From contig JAVBTI010000105.1 of NCBI GenBank assembly GCA_031556255.1, positions 2,180 through 66,179 of the forward strand: a DNA stretch of 64,000 nucleotides, in the 5' to 3' direction. Of the stretch, positions 38,928 through 48,535 are shown piece by piece. A model generated the notes under the pieces. That model was not told the origin of the DNA, did no database searches, and saw nothing but the letters and a program-made list of their open reading frames with translations. This DNA is from Deferribacterales bacterium (GTDB taxonomy: Bacteria > Chrysiogenota > Deferribacteres > Deferribacterales > JAISNW01). Every line of letters starts with the position of its first letter. Within the stretch, counting starts at the first letter, position 1. The position numbers were made by a program, and so were the translations under genes.

Positions 38928-39374
38928 TCAACCTTTGTCCGGAAAAAGTTGCGCGCGTATGTCCCAGTTTTCGTCTTCCAGGACGGTCTGCTTGGCGAGT
39001 TTTCGTTCGAAGTTGACAATAATGGGCGCGCGCAGGTTGGCTGTCGCTTTCTGCGGATTGTCGGGGATGACGACTATACAGAATAGTTTCAGTTCTGTAA
39101 GTTCATTGACACCCAGCACTTTAAGCTCACGCTTATTTATTTTAGGCTTGTAATCTTTGAAAAAAGGTTCAGGCTCAATTAAGATAAAGCAGACTGCCGG
39201 ATCTTCAACCGCCTGGAGCCACAAGAACGGGAAATAATCGCTGTTGGAAATGATCAGGTAATCATTCAGTTCTGCAAACCCTAAAAGGGGCGAGGTCAGG
39301 GTGATTAGATCATCTTCGCTGTAGTTGACCTTTCCAAGTTTTGGGGAAAGAATTTCCAGGTTTTTATCAGCCAT
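38928..39374 (-). CDS. fliW: Flagellar assembly factor FliW
   Basis: 148 aa. Family pattern ...GFAELNDYLIIS...PFLWLQAVEDP..CFILIEP... in the flgL-fliW-csrA order. Confidence 0.9.
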   Translation of the reverse strand: MADKNLEILSPKLGKVNYSEDDLITLTSPLLGFAELNDYLIISNSDYFPFLWLQAVEDPAVCFILIEPEPFFKDYKPKINKRELKVLGVNELTELKLFCIVVIPDNPQKATANLRAPIIVNFERKLAKQTVLEDENWDIRAQLFPDKG

Positions 39375-39401
39375 TCAAACATGCTCCTTCTCTGCGCTCT
39401 G

Positions 39402-42400
39402 TTATCTCAGATAATCCAGAATAGAAATTGACATAATCTGCGCCGTTATGGATAATGCGTATTTATAGGCGTTTTCTGCCATTGAAAGCTGGGTTGTCGC
39501 ATCGACCTTGTCGGTGTCCGTAGACCCGAGATAAACAGCCTTCTGGTTTTCGCCTATTGTTTTAAAAGACGCGTTGAAAGCGATAACGGACTGCACTCTT
39601 GCCTGGCGGTTCCCCGTAAGGGTGAGACATTGCAGGAGCTGGCTTTCTACCAAGTCCAGAATGCCAAGTTCATATTCTATCCCGGAACCTATAGTCCCGG
39701 TGAAGCTGTCCGTTGCTTTCAGCGACCCTCTGTCGAAACCCAGAAGCAACCCATCGGACACACTATATTCCTTATTTGCGGTATCCACAACAACATTTTG
39801 AATGCTGCTCCCTTTTTCGTCGCTAACGGCAATTGTCACCTTATCCCCGGCTTTTGGAAAGCCGAGGAAGCCTTCGTTGTCACCCTGAATGGAAAACCGC
39901 GATATGCCCGGAGTTGCGAATGAAAGCTGCCCGTCGCCGTAAGACATGGCCACAAAGTGGTTATTGATGCCCGCCGCGGTGAGCTTGCCGTTGACCGCCT
40001 CTATGAGCTCGCCGTAACTGTTGTAATCTTTTGCGTCCAGCGTGATGGATGCGGTTCTGTCCGACACGCCGTCGTTATATGTGAATGTCAGGGTGCGCTG
40101 GTCTGCGGTGGCGCCGGACAGGGTCAGCGGAAGCTTCTGACCGCCAGATGCATAGTTAGAGGTGTTGTTGGTAATCCCCAAAGCTCCGGACGGGTCAACC
40201 ACCTCCTGATAATAACAAAAATCGCCGGGTATTGTCGTATTGAAAGTGAGTTTGCCTTCCGATGAAAGGCCGGCCGTCACGCCTGAACCGCCCAACTGAA
40301 AGTTTATATCCGCCAGTACTGCGGCCGTGTTGGCGTAAGTGCCGGGCCCTATAGTGACAGCGAAAGGCATCCCGAGGCCGGTAACTACTTGGAACGTGGC
40401 TGCCGCGGTGAACGAGGTGCCGAGCTGCGAAACGGGGAGCGATGTGTCCACGCCCATCATATAGGTGGTTTCGCTGTTCAGTGTGTTTATATTTATTGTC
40501 TTAGTGCCGGAGCCCGAAGCGAACAGTACTTTCCCGTTTTCCACGGTGGCGTGGATCTTTTCGTTATAAAATGCGGGATCTTCATTTATGGCTTTTGCGA
40601 TGGCTTCGGCCATCTGATCGTTATTGGTTATCCCGGCGAGGCTGACGGTAACGGGCCTTCTCACCAGCGTATCGGTGGTCTTGTCGTAGGTCTGTACTTC
40701 AAAATTAAGGTTGGCGGCTAAGCCCGGCATGAAACGCAGTGCGCCGGAAGGCTGCTTAAATTCGTTCTGCACGTAAAAATCGGATCTGCCGTTGTCGGAT
40801 TTCACCTCGTATTTCCATTTGGCGTTGAAGTTGCCGGTGAATGTGCCGTCAAAATACGGTATGGCGGTGGAGCTGAGTGATTCGTCCCTCCATGCGCTTG
40901 GGGCACCTGCCCCTTCCAGATAAAAACCGCTGGCCATCGCGTTGTATAGATTCATTAGGGAGTCGAAAGCGTTGGCGTTGTCCCCTTCGGTGACGACGTT
41001 CATATCGCCGAAGTTCAGGGAGGCGTTGGCTTTGAGGTCCACCTGGAAAACTGCGGTGTTGGTCGCACCTGGCACCACGTTCATGTCGTCCAGCGCCAGT
41101 TTTACGCCGTAGCGCAGCTCGATCTCTTCCCCATGGTAGTTGTTAACATCTTTTTCAATAATTTTTACCCCGCGGGAGTCGTAAACCGTTATATGTACGT
41201 CCCTTGTGCCGCTCGGAGTGTTGTGTGCCATGTCCACGGTGACGTTCCACTGGTCGTCGTTGTAGCCGGAATACTTGCCGGTCACCTTGCTGTACTGGTT
41301 TACCATCGGCAGGCCTATACCCTGGTTGTTTTCCGTGATATTCATGGTCATGCGGCTGGCACCGGTGCGCTGGTCGGTGACCACTAGCCGCCCGTCCACT
41401 ATATTCACATCCACTGCATCCTCGTAAAGCGATTTGACGAAGTTCATAAAATCGCCGACAGTTTTCTCTTTCTGGCTGGGGGTGATGCTTGCGGCAACCT
41501 GCCCGCTCTGGTAGTCGGAAGTGCCCAGAGGATTGTTGTACATTGTGGAGAGGTGTGTGTTCCTGTCCAGATTGACGTTCTGCATGGTGAAGGTGACATT
41601 GTAACTGTTTGGTCCCGCGCTCTCGAGTTTTGTGGTTATGGTATAGCCAAAGCCGGCCTGTTGCAGCATCTTGTCGAAAATCAGTTCGTTTTGCTCTATT
41701 GTATTGGCCGGGTTGAGGCCATCAACCTGCACATACCGGCCGTTTATATAGAAGCCGGCGCTACCGGAACTCACGTCCACGTTGTTGTGTGTTGTGTAGA
41801 TAGTGTTCAGACCGTTTTCCGCGAAGTCGTAGCCTATCTCAAAGATGGTATCTTTTCCGAAGGCGGCGACGGTTTTATCGTCGAAGCCCATTGAGTTGTG
41901 TTTATAGCCTGTCACCGAGAGAGCGGTGTGGTTGCCGGTATCGGTGGTGACAAAACGCAGCCGGTCGCCGTCCGACATGACCTTGATCTGCGAACTCAGA
42001 TCCACTTGGTATGCGGTGCCGGCTGGGATATTTGTTAACCCGTTGATCTCCGCGTTCTGGATGGCTTCCATAGCGTCAGTGCTGGCATAGTTGTTCACCA
42101 GATCCTGGGCACCGATATACTGGGCAGATTTGATGCCGCTGTTGATTGCGGCGACCAACTCGTCCATATCTTTGTAACCCTTGGCCGGAACCTCCACCTG
42201 ATAATATTTACCGGCGTATCCTATGGTAAAGGTGCGCTCATCTTTTGATGCATTCAGCATGTTGAGGTTAACCCGTTCGGTGCCCAGAACGTTTGCTGCG
42301 CCCACCGTGACGCCGGTGTGGTCGGTGCCCGTCACTTTTATGGAATCGCCTGTGCTTGAGTTCGCACCCGTGATCTGACTGAAAAGCGAACTTGCTGTGA

Positions 42401-43346
42401 GGGATACTCCGTTCACAGTATTGTACTGGCTGCCCTTCAGCATTTTGCTGACAGCAAGCAGGAGTTCATTGCCGGCGATATTTGTGATCACGTCCTGATT
42501 GAAGCCTATCTTATCGGCTATTTGGCCGCTGTCGCCCTGATAGGTGGCGTTTGAACCGGCCTCGTATTTAAAAGAATATTTAAGCCCGCCGGAAACATTT
42601 TCCGGCAGTTTGATAGAAATACCCCGGCCCGTATTAATAATCACGTCCGGTTCCAGCTTGAAAGACAGCGTGGTAGCAACGCTGTTCCCGCTTTTGGCCG
42701 ATTCATCGGAACCGTTTGAGTCAAGCAGCATCTTGTTGCCGTATTTGTCATAAAGGGACAGGTAGCCAGTGTCGTTTTTTACTGTGATTTCCGCCGTGTA
42801 CTCGCCACTTTTCAGTTCCTGCAGGTCGTTGTAGGCCTCTTTTGCTAGGACGTCCCCGCCGCGGCCGTAAATCTGGGAAATGGCTGAAACATTGTTGGTT
42901 TTATTGACGAAGGGAAGCGTGTTGGTCTGGAAGCCGGAGAAGAGGTAGTGCCCCTGGTATTTTGTGTTAGCCAGGTCGAAAAGACTGTTATATATTCCCA
43001 ATACATCCCCGGCGAGCGCATTCAGGCTTTCCGGGCTGTGGTAGCCGTTGTTGCCGTTTAGCGCGAGGTCGTTGCGCACTTTGCCGATCAGGTCTATGAT
43101 GCCCTGTATGGCGTCGTCGGTGTTTGAAAGCCAGCCGTCGGCGTATTCGGCGTTTTTCTTGAACCTGTCCATGTCATCCAGGGTACGCTGTATGGAGTAG
43201 GCCATGACATAATTGGAGGGGGAGGATTCCGGATTCAGCAGGAGCCGCCCTTTCTGAACCTTGTCGCTGGCGCTCAGCATATCGTTGAGGGACTGGCGTA
43301 TCCCAGCCTGGTATCTAATCGACTGGTACTGGAATGTTACTCTCAT
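39402..43346 (-). CDS. flgL: Flagellar hook-associated protein 3 (FlgL), giant 1314-aa form
   Basis: N-terminus MRVTFQYQSIRYQAGIRQSLNDM...LLNPESSP...ADGWLSNTDDAIQGIIDLIGKVRN and C-terminus ENAYKYALSITAQIMSISILDYLR match the FlgL/flagellin N and C helices. Positioned directly after flgK. The central ~1100 aa carry several Flagellin_IN-like repeats. Confidence 0.8.
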   Translation of the reverse strand: MRVTFQYQSIRYQAGIRQSLNDMLSASDKVQKGRLLLNPESSPSNYVMAYSIQRTLDDMDRFKKNAEYADGWLSNTDDAIQGIIDLIGKVRNDLALNGNNGYHSPESLNALAGDVLGIYNSLFDLANTKYQGHYLFSGFQTNTLPFVNKTNNVSAISQIYGRGGDVLAKEAYNDLQELKSGEYTAEITVKNDTGYLSLYDKYGNKMLLDSNGSDESAKSGNSVATTLSFKLEPDVIINTGRGISIKLPENVSGGLKYSFKYEAGSNATYQGDSGQIADKIGFNQDVITNIAGNELLLAVSKMLKGSQYNTVNGVSLTASSLFSQITGANSSTGDSIKVTGTDHTGVTVGAANVLGTERVNLNMLNASKDERTFTIGYAGKYYQVEVPAKGYKDMDELVAAINSGIKSAQYIGAQDLVNNYASTDAMEAIQNAEINGLTNIPAGTAYQVDLSSQIKVMSDGDRLRFVTTDTGNHTALSVTGYKHNSMGFDDKTVAAFGKDTIFEIGYDFAENGLNTIYTTHNNVDVSSGSAGFYINGRYVQVDGLNPANTIEQNELIFDKMLQQAGFGYTITTKLESAGPNSYNVTFTMQNVNLDRNTHLSTMYNNPLGTSDYQSGQVAASITPSQKEKTVGDFMNFVKSLYEDAVDVNIVDGRLVVTDQRTGASRMTMNITENNQGIGLPMVNQYSKVTGKYSGYNDDQWNVTVDMAHNTPSGTRDVHITVYDSRGVKIIEKDVNNYHGEEIELRYGVKLALDDMNVVPGATNTAVFQVDLKANASLNFGDMNVVTEGDNANAFDSLMNLYNAMASGFYLEGAGAPSAWRDESLSSTAIPYFDGTFTGNFNAKWKYEVKSDNGRSDFYVQNEFKQPSGALRFMPGLAANLNFEVQTYDKTTDTLVRRPVTVSLAGITNNDQMAEAIAKAINEDPAFYNEKIHATVENGKVLFASGSGTKTININTLNSETTYMMGVDTSLPVSQLGTSFTAAATFQVVTGLGMPFAVTIGPGTYANTAAVLADINFQLGGSGVTAGLSSEGKLTFNTTIPGDFCYYQEVVDPSGALGITNNTSNYASGGQKLPLTLSGATADQRTLTFTYNDGVSDRTASITLDAKDYNSYGELIEAVNGKLTAAGINNHFVAMSYGDGQLSFATPGISRFSIQGDNEGFLGFPKAGDKVTIAVSDEKGSSIQNVVVDTANKEYSVSDGLLLGFDRGSLKATDSFTGTIGSGIEYELGILDLVESQLLQCLTLTGNRQARVQSVIAFNASFKTIGENQKAVYLGSTDTDKVDATTQLSMAENAYKYALSITAQIMSISILDYLR

Positions 43347-43348
43347 AA

Positions 43349-45115
43349 TTACCTTCCTACAAGCCCGAGGTTGTTTACGATGGTGTTCAACATTTCATCT
43401 ATGACGTTGATATATCTGGAGTTGGCTTCGAAAACGCGCTGGAACTGGATCAGGTTGGCCTGCTCCTCTTCCATCGACACGCCTTTGACCTGTTCCAGCT
43501 TTTCTGTGTACTGGGTGACGGTCATCTGTTTTGTGGCCGCGAATATATCCACCTGCTGTTTGTTTGTTGCGATAAGGCCGGTAAAATACCCGTAGAATTC
43601 GTCTATGGAGATGGTGCTGTTCTGCATGACTTTCGCGTATTTCACCTCTATCATGATAAGGGCGTTTTCGTTATCCCCCGGCGCGTCGCCTTTGGCGGTC
43701 GCGATATACTGGGGGTTGTTCTCTATGTGTGTGTCAACCTTGATATCGGAAGCGTTTGAACCCTGGAAAAAGTTGTTAAACCCGGCCGCCATGAGGAAAT
43801 CGGAGGTATCGTCCCCGAAGGCGAAGGTATATCCGTTTTCAACACTGATTTTGATGGTGCCGTCTTTATTGACAAAAGCTTCAAGAACCCCGCCGCCGAA
43901 CTGGCCGTCGGCGCTGGATATCTTTTCCGCCACGCCGTAGAGCGTGTCTTTCGCGGGATCTATTGTTATGTTATAGGTTTCGACCAGCGCTTTGTTTTCC
44001 GGGTCTGTTTCATCGTAAATTTTGATCTGGAAGGTTCCGGATTTAACATCGTAAGGGAATATTCCCGGCTGATGATTCAGCGTATATGAGGGGTTTTCCA
44101 CCTGGTTTGTGGAGGTGAGCTGGTTGTAACGCAGAAGCCCCTGTCCGCCTACGTGAATTTTGTTTGTTTCCGCTATCAGTGTGTGCGCCATATTGTCAAG
44201 CTCGTCTATGTAGCCGTTCAATACATAGTCGCGCATTTTAATGTCCGCCTGTATTACTCCGCCGGAGATGCGGTCGGTGATTACAGTGGGTTTGCTGTAA
44301 TAGTCGCCGGTACTCCATACTATATCGAGGTGGTTGTCGTTGTCAGGGTTTGTCTGGAGCGACAGCGGGAAAGATTTCGCGCCGTCCACCACAGGCTCGC
44401 CACCGATATAGACGGCATATTCCCCATTGGGTCGTTCAACGACATTCAACCCTGCCAGCAGGGACAGCTTATTGACAAGTGCGTCTCTGTCATCCCGCAG
44501 GTCGTTGGCGTTATACAGGCCGCCGGCCTCCACGGAAAGTATTTTCTGGTTCAGTTCGGCTATCCCTTTGGAGTATGTATTTATTTCATCCACATATCCT
44601 TTCAGGCGATAGTCGATCTTGGCTTGCAGATCAACGAACATCTGGCGGTCATCACGGATTTGTGTGGCAAGCGTGCCCGCTGAGGCGAGAAGCTGTGTGC
44701 GCTTAATATAGGAATCGTCGGCGTGGTCTGTGGAGGTGGACAGGTCCTGCCATGCGTTGAAGTAGTTGCGTAACACCTCGCCCAGGCCGGAGCCTTGCTC
44801 CAACTCGTTGAAATACATTTTTACTTCGTTTAGCGTGCTTTGGCTGCTTTCCCAGTAAGAAAGGGAAGATGTTTCATTGCGTAGTGTTTTAGCCAGCAGT
44901 TCGTCATACACACGGATTATCTCCACTACTTTCACGCCGCGGCCGAAAGCGCCGTAAGTATCCGTCTGATAGGAGGCCGAGGCGAGATTCACACGCTGGC
45001 GGGAATAGTTCGGATTATCTATATTCGCTATATTATTACCGACAACGTCTATCTGCACCTGGCTTGCGGCAATACCGGTTACCCCCGTGTATAACATCGA
45101 CATTAAATTGCTCAT
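43349..45115 (-). CDS. flgK: Flagellar hook-associated protein 1 (FlgK)
   Basis: Start at MSNLMSMLYTGVTGIAASQ, with GGAGG 9 nt upstream. NNIANIDNPNYSRQRV block. C-terminus EEQANLIQFQRVFEANSRYINVIDEML. Confidence 0.9.
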   Translation of the reverse strand: MSNLMSMLYTGVTGIAASQVQIDVVGNNIANIDNPNYSRQRVNLASASYQTDTYGAFGRGVKVVEIIRVYDELLAKTLRNETSSLSYWESSQSTLNEVKMYFNELEQGSGLGEVLRNYFNAWQDLSTSTDHADDSYIKRTQLLASAGTLATQIRDDRQMFVDLQAKIDYRLKGYVDEINTYSKGIAELNQKILSVEAGGLYNANDLRDDRDALVNKLSLLAGLNVVERPNGEYAVYIGGEPVVDGAKSFPLSLQTNPDNDNHLDIVWSTGDYYSKPTVITDRISGGVIQADIKMRDYVLNGYIDELDNMAHTLIAETNKIHVGGQGLLRYNQLTSTNQVENPSYTLNHQPGIFPYDVKSGTFQIKIYDETDPENKALVETYNITIDPAKDTLYGVAEKISSADGQFGGGVLEAFVNKDGTIKISVENGYTFAFGDDTSDFLMAAGFNNFFQGSNASDIKVDTHIENNPQYIATAKGDAPGDNENALIMIEVKYAKVMQNSTISIDEFYGYFTGLIATNKQQVDIFAATKQMTVTQYTEKLEQVKGVSMEEEQANLIQFQRVFEANSRYINVIDEMLNTIVNNLGLVGR

Positions 45116-45200
45116 AAAACAGTACCTCCTGGTCATTCCGCCATGCGGGGCGGGTCAAACGACGCGGGAATATTGGAAAAACCCTGTCCCAAAAATTGTA

Positions 45201-45216
45201 TGCAAAAAATATGCCA
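45201..45216 (-). promoter_or_regulatory. Sigma-54 (-24/-12) promoter upstream of flgK
   Basis: The minus strand reads TGGCATATTTTTTGCA (GG-N10-GC spacing exact). It lies in the flgN-flgK spacer, about 85 nt upstream of the flgK ATG. Confidence 0.6.
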
Positions 45217-45246
45217 CAAACCGCCGTTCCATACACATATTGACGC

Positions 45247-45750
45247 CTATCCAAGCCTGTGGATGGTGGATATTTTCTTTTGGCTGCCGTTCGGGCCGTA
45301 GCCTCCGGCGGGAGCGTCGGACAGCCCTGTCTGAGTGAAGAAATCGTTGATCAGACGGCTGTTTGTCGCATAAAGCATTTTCAGGGAAATATTTTCCGCA
45401 TGAATCTGCGTAACCAGCTCCACGATCCGGTCGCAGAGTGTGGTGAGCTCGTCCGCCATGTCCGGCGCGCTGGTGTTTGCAAGGCTGATGACGTCAGCTA
45501 TTTTTACCGACGGTACATTTTGAACCGCAGCGATTTTAGACAGAAGCGCATTACGGGCCTCGCTCTGTATACGCTCTTTGCGAAGCAGTGCGTCTTTCTT
45601 TTTTGTGATTTCAACGGTTTTGTCGATCGCCCAGGAAACGATGGCCTGTTTTTCAGATGCCATTAAATCCGAGAGCTCCGAATATAGATTTGCCTGAGAT
45701 TTCAGCACCTCGACCAGGTGCCCGATATTTTCCATAGCGATGTCCTCCAC
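45247..45750 (-). CDS. flgN: FlgN-like flagellar chaperone
   Basis: 167 aa, helical. Located between flgM and flgK as in many flagellar loci. The family resemblance is weak (LYSELSDLMASEKQAIV...). Confidence 0.55.
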   Translation of the reverse strand: MEDIAMENIGHLVEVLKSQANLYSELSDLMASEKQAIVSWAIDKTVEITKKKDALLRKERIQSEARNALLSKIAAVQNVPSVKIADVISLANTSAPDMADELTTLCDRIVELVTQIHAENISLKMLYATNSRLINDFFTQTGLSDAPAGGYGPNGSQKKISTIHRLG

Positions 45751-45820
45751 GCTTCTGTTAAGCTATGCAGGACGACAGGCGGAATGAGAGTACCGGCTTA
45801 TACCCCTTTGGGGCGGCCGT

Positions 45821-46132
45821 TTAGAAGATGTTGTTGCGTGCTTTTTCCACTATTTTGGAGGCAATGTCCCCGCCACTCACATGGTAGGTGCCGTCCTGAA
45901 TCTTGGCTCTCAGCTCACTTACAAGCTCTTCCCGTACTTCTGAGGCTTCCTTCAACTGTAAAGCGATTTCAGCAATATCACGCGAACGTGACGACAACTG
46001 CACACTGTCGGCGGCATTTGCGGATGGCGCCGTTTTGGCCGCCCCCGGGTTGCGTTTCACTTCCGCTTTTTTAGTGTCGGCAGTTTTATCACCCTTGTCT
46101 GTCGTGATGAACTGCTTATCGTTGATCCTCAT
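45821..46132 (-). CDS. flgM: Anti-sigma-28 factor FlgM
   Basis: 103 aa. C-terminal VREELVSELRAKIQDGTYHVSGGDIASKIV is the conserved FlgM sigma-28-binding region. Confidence 0.85.
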   Translation of the reverse strand: MRINDKQFITTDKGDKTADTKKAEVKRNPGAAKTAPSANAADSVQLSSRSRDIAEIALQLKEASEVREELVSELRAKIQDGTYHVSGGDIASKIVEKARNNIF

Positions 46133-46177
46133 ACAAACTCCCGTGGATCTCCCGGAAAATAGAGATCCGTACCTTAC

Positions 46178-46204
46178 CTATCGGCCTATCTTTGCAAAAC
46201 TTTA
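46178..46204 (-). promoter_or_regulatory. Sigma-28 (FliA) promoter upstream of flgM
   Basis: The minus strand reads TAAAGTTT-TGCAAAGATAG-GCCGATAG, against consensus TAAAGTTT-N11-GCCGATAA. The -10 element ends about 45 nt upstream of the flgM ATG. Confidence 0.7.
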
Positions 46205-46274
46205 ATTTTTTTTCAACCATTCTTATTGGCTGATCCTGTCCTTTTTTTGTAATCTATTGATATATAGATATAAA

Positions 46275-46667
46275 TTATCCAATATTATTTATAACGCTTT
46301 CATTTTTACGTGGAGCGTATACTCCGGGAAGCCCTCGCTGGAGAGGGTTTTGTTTTTCACTTTCCGGGCGTTCCTGTGCGAGGGTGCCTTTAAGCTGTGC
46401 GAAAAGCATGTCGGCTATTCCGTTTATGCTGTTTTTTGCTTGAATTTCAGCTGTTTCCTGGTCAAGCATGTCGGTAAATATCTTTTCCGCGTTACTTTTT
46501 TTAATAAGCCCGCCGTCCATAGTGGCATTGCGCATGCTTTTCAGCATCTGATGGACGAAAATCGCCTCGAATCCCTGGCAGGCTTCTTTCAGCCTGTCTT
46601 CCTCGGAGCGGGTGGTTTTTTCCGCTTTGGCCTGGCTTGCTGTTGCACTTCCGGCGATCGTAACCAT
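46275..46667 (-). CDS. flgJ: Flagellar rod-binding protein (FlgJ N-terminal-domain type, no muramidase domain)
   Basis: 130 aa. The GFEAIFVHQMLKSMR...FTDMLDQE...GIADMLFAQL rod-binding pattern is present. The start overlaps the flgI stop (TAATG). Confidence 0.8.
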   Translation of the reverse strand: MVTIAGSATASQAKAEKTTRSEEDRLKEACQGFEAIFVHQMLKSMRNATMDGGLIKKSNAEKIFTDMLDQETAEIQAKNSINGIADMLFAQLKGTLAQERPESEKQNPLQRGLPGVYAPRKNESVINNIG

Positions 46668-47755
46668 TATATTACCTCCAGTTGGGCGTGTAACGCGCCG
46701 GCAGCTTTTATTGCCTGGAGTATCGAAATCAGATCCCGTGGAGTGACCCCAATGGCGTTGAGGGCTTTGACAAGGTCGCTCACTGTGACCCCTTCAGGGA
46801 CAACCATCAGTTTGGCCTTATCTTCGGCCATTTCCACTTCCGGCTGTTGTGTGACCACGGTCTGCCCCATTGAGAATGGTGCGGGCTGGCTGATCTCAAT
46901 ATGGTTTGAAACAGTTATGGTAAGGTTCCCGTGTGCCACGGCTACGGTGCTGATCCTTACTTCTGAGCCTATTACTATCGTCCCGGTGCGTTCGTCCATA
47001 ATCACCTTGGCAAAAGTTTCCGGTTCGATCTCAAGAGCCAGGACGGTATTCAGGAAGTCGTAAAAACTGCCGGAAAATTCTCCCGGTACTTTTACGGTTA
47101 TATTGGATGGAGAGCTCACGGATGCTATTTCCGTGCCCATGAATGTGTTGATGGCTGTTTTTGCGCTTACCACATCCGCCAGGGAATAGTTGTTGAAAAA
47201 GAGGTCAAAACGCCCCAGATCCATTGCGAATGGAATTTCTTTTTCCACAGTGCCTCCGTTCGGGATGCGCCCGGCGGTGGGGTGGTTTTTGGTTATACTT
47301 GCGCCGCCGGCTGAGGCGTTCATTCCGCCCACAGAGATAGGGCCTTGTGCCACTGCGTAAATCTGACCGTTCGGAGCGGAGAGTGGGGTGAGCAGAAGCG
47401 TGCCGCCCTCAAGGCTTTTTGCATCGCCTATGGAGGAAATGGTCACGTCCATTGTTTGCCCGGCTCTGGCGAACGGGGGTAATTTGGCGGTAACCATGAC
47501 CGCCGCGACGTTTTTCACTTTTACATCGTCTTTATTGACAGTGATACCCATCCGCTCAAGCATGTTAACAAGAGATTGAGTGGTAAACTTGGTCTGGTCT
47601 TTATCGCCGGTGCCGTTGAGGCCCACCACCAGTCCGTAGCCGAAAATCTGGTTATCCCTGATTCCGTCTACCTTTGCCACATCTTTGATTCTCACGACCG
47701 CGTGGGCGGAAAGGCTGAAAGTTAGTATAAGTACTATTATCAGTATTTTTTTCAT
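46667..47755 (-). CDS. flgI: Flagellar P-ring protein FlgI
   Basis: 362 aa. RIKDVAKVDGIRDNQIFGYGLVVGLNGTGD, LLLTPL, AVAQGPISVGG, VARAINALGVTPRDLISILQAIKAAGAL-type C-terminus. Confidence 0.95.
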   Translation of the reverse strand: MKKILIIVLILTFSLSAHAVVRIKDVAKVDGIRDNQIFGYGLVVGLNGTGDKDQTKFTTQSLVNMLERMGITVNKDDVKVKNVAAVMVTAKLPPFARAGQTMDVTISSIGDAKSLEGGTLLLTPLSAPNGQIYAVAQGPISVGGMNASAGGASITKNHPTAGRIPNGGTVEKEIPFAMDLGRFDLFFNNYSLADVVSAKTAINTFMGTEIASVSSPSNITVKVPGEFSGSFYDFLNTVLALEIEPETFAKVIMDERTGTIVIGSEVRISTVAVAHGNLTITVSNHIEISQPAPFSMGQTVVTQQPEVEMAEDKAKLMVVPEGVTVSDLVKALNAIGVTPRDLISILQAIKAAGALHAQLEVI

Positions 47756-47764
47756 GTCATGCTC

Positions 47765-48496
47765 CTAGAACGGCCATATCCAGTCTATAAAGGTGGCCAT
47801 CCAGCCTTTGCGGTTGGCGTCGGTGATGACTCCGTCGCCGTAATAACGTATCTGCGCATCTGCTATCGCTGTGGAAGGCACTGTGTTGTTGGCGTCTATA
47901 TCTTTCTGGCGGACTATCCCTTTTATAGTGATGGTCTGTTTTTCCTGATCGACGATTATTTCGCGCTGTCCCTCGATTACGAGATTGCCTGAGGGGAGAA
48001 TCTCAATCACCCTTGCGGCTATAGTTGCAGAGATGCTGTCCGACCTGGCCTTACTGCCTTTGCCGGAGAAAGAGTTATTGGTAGTTGCTCCGATAGTCGG
48101 GTCGAAAGGCTGGCCGGAGTTCAGAAAGTTATCTATGCCGAGGTTTGTGGGGAGGCCCAGGATGTTTGTAACCGTGGCGTTGTAGTTTGCTGTTTTTCCT
48201 GTGCTGGTGTTGTTGGAATTATTTGCGGAGGCTGATTCCACGATTTTTACAATCACAACGTCGCCAATGAGGCGGGCTTTGTAATCGAGGAAAATTGTTC
48301 CGTGGCTGCCGACATCGGCCCATAGAGAGGGGGCCGGTTTTTTCATCGCCTGTGCCTGTTCGTACTCTTCCAATTCCTTCTTGTAGCCGCTGGACGGAAG
48401 ATCGGTAGACACCTGCGCCGTCTGCTTGGTGGCGCATCCGGCGAAAACTATTGCTGCTGCCAGCACTGCCGCTTTTTTTATGAATGTTTTCCACAT
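47765..48496 (-). CDS. flgH: Flagellar L-ring lipoprotein FlgH
   Basis: 243 aa. Lipobox FAGC. SLWAD...FLDYKARLIGDVVIVKIVE...NLVIEGQREI..NQEKQ..ITIKGIVR. Confidence 0.92.
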   Translation of the reverse strand: MWKTFIKKAAVLAAAIVFAGCATKQTAQVSTDLPSSGYKKELEEYEQAQAMKKPAPSLWADVGSHGTIFLDYKARLIGDVVIVKIVESASANNSNNTSTGKTANYNATVTNILGLPTNLGIDNFLNSGQPFDPTIGATTNNSFSGKGSKARSDSISATIAARVIEILPSGNLVIEGQREIIVDQEKQTITIKGIVRQKDIDANNTVPSTAIADAQIRYYGDGVITDANRKGWMATFIDWIWPF

Positions 48497-48535
48497 ACCT
48501 GCATACCACGTGAGTTTCTCTCGAGGTTATGCATA

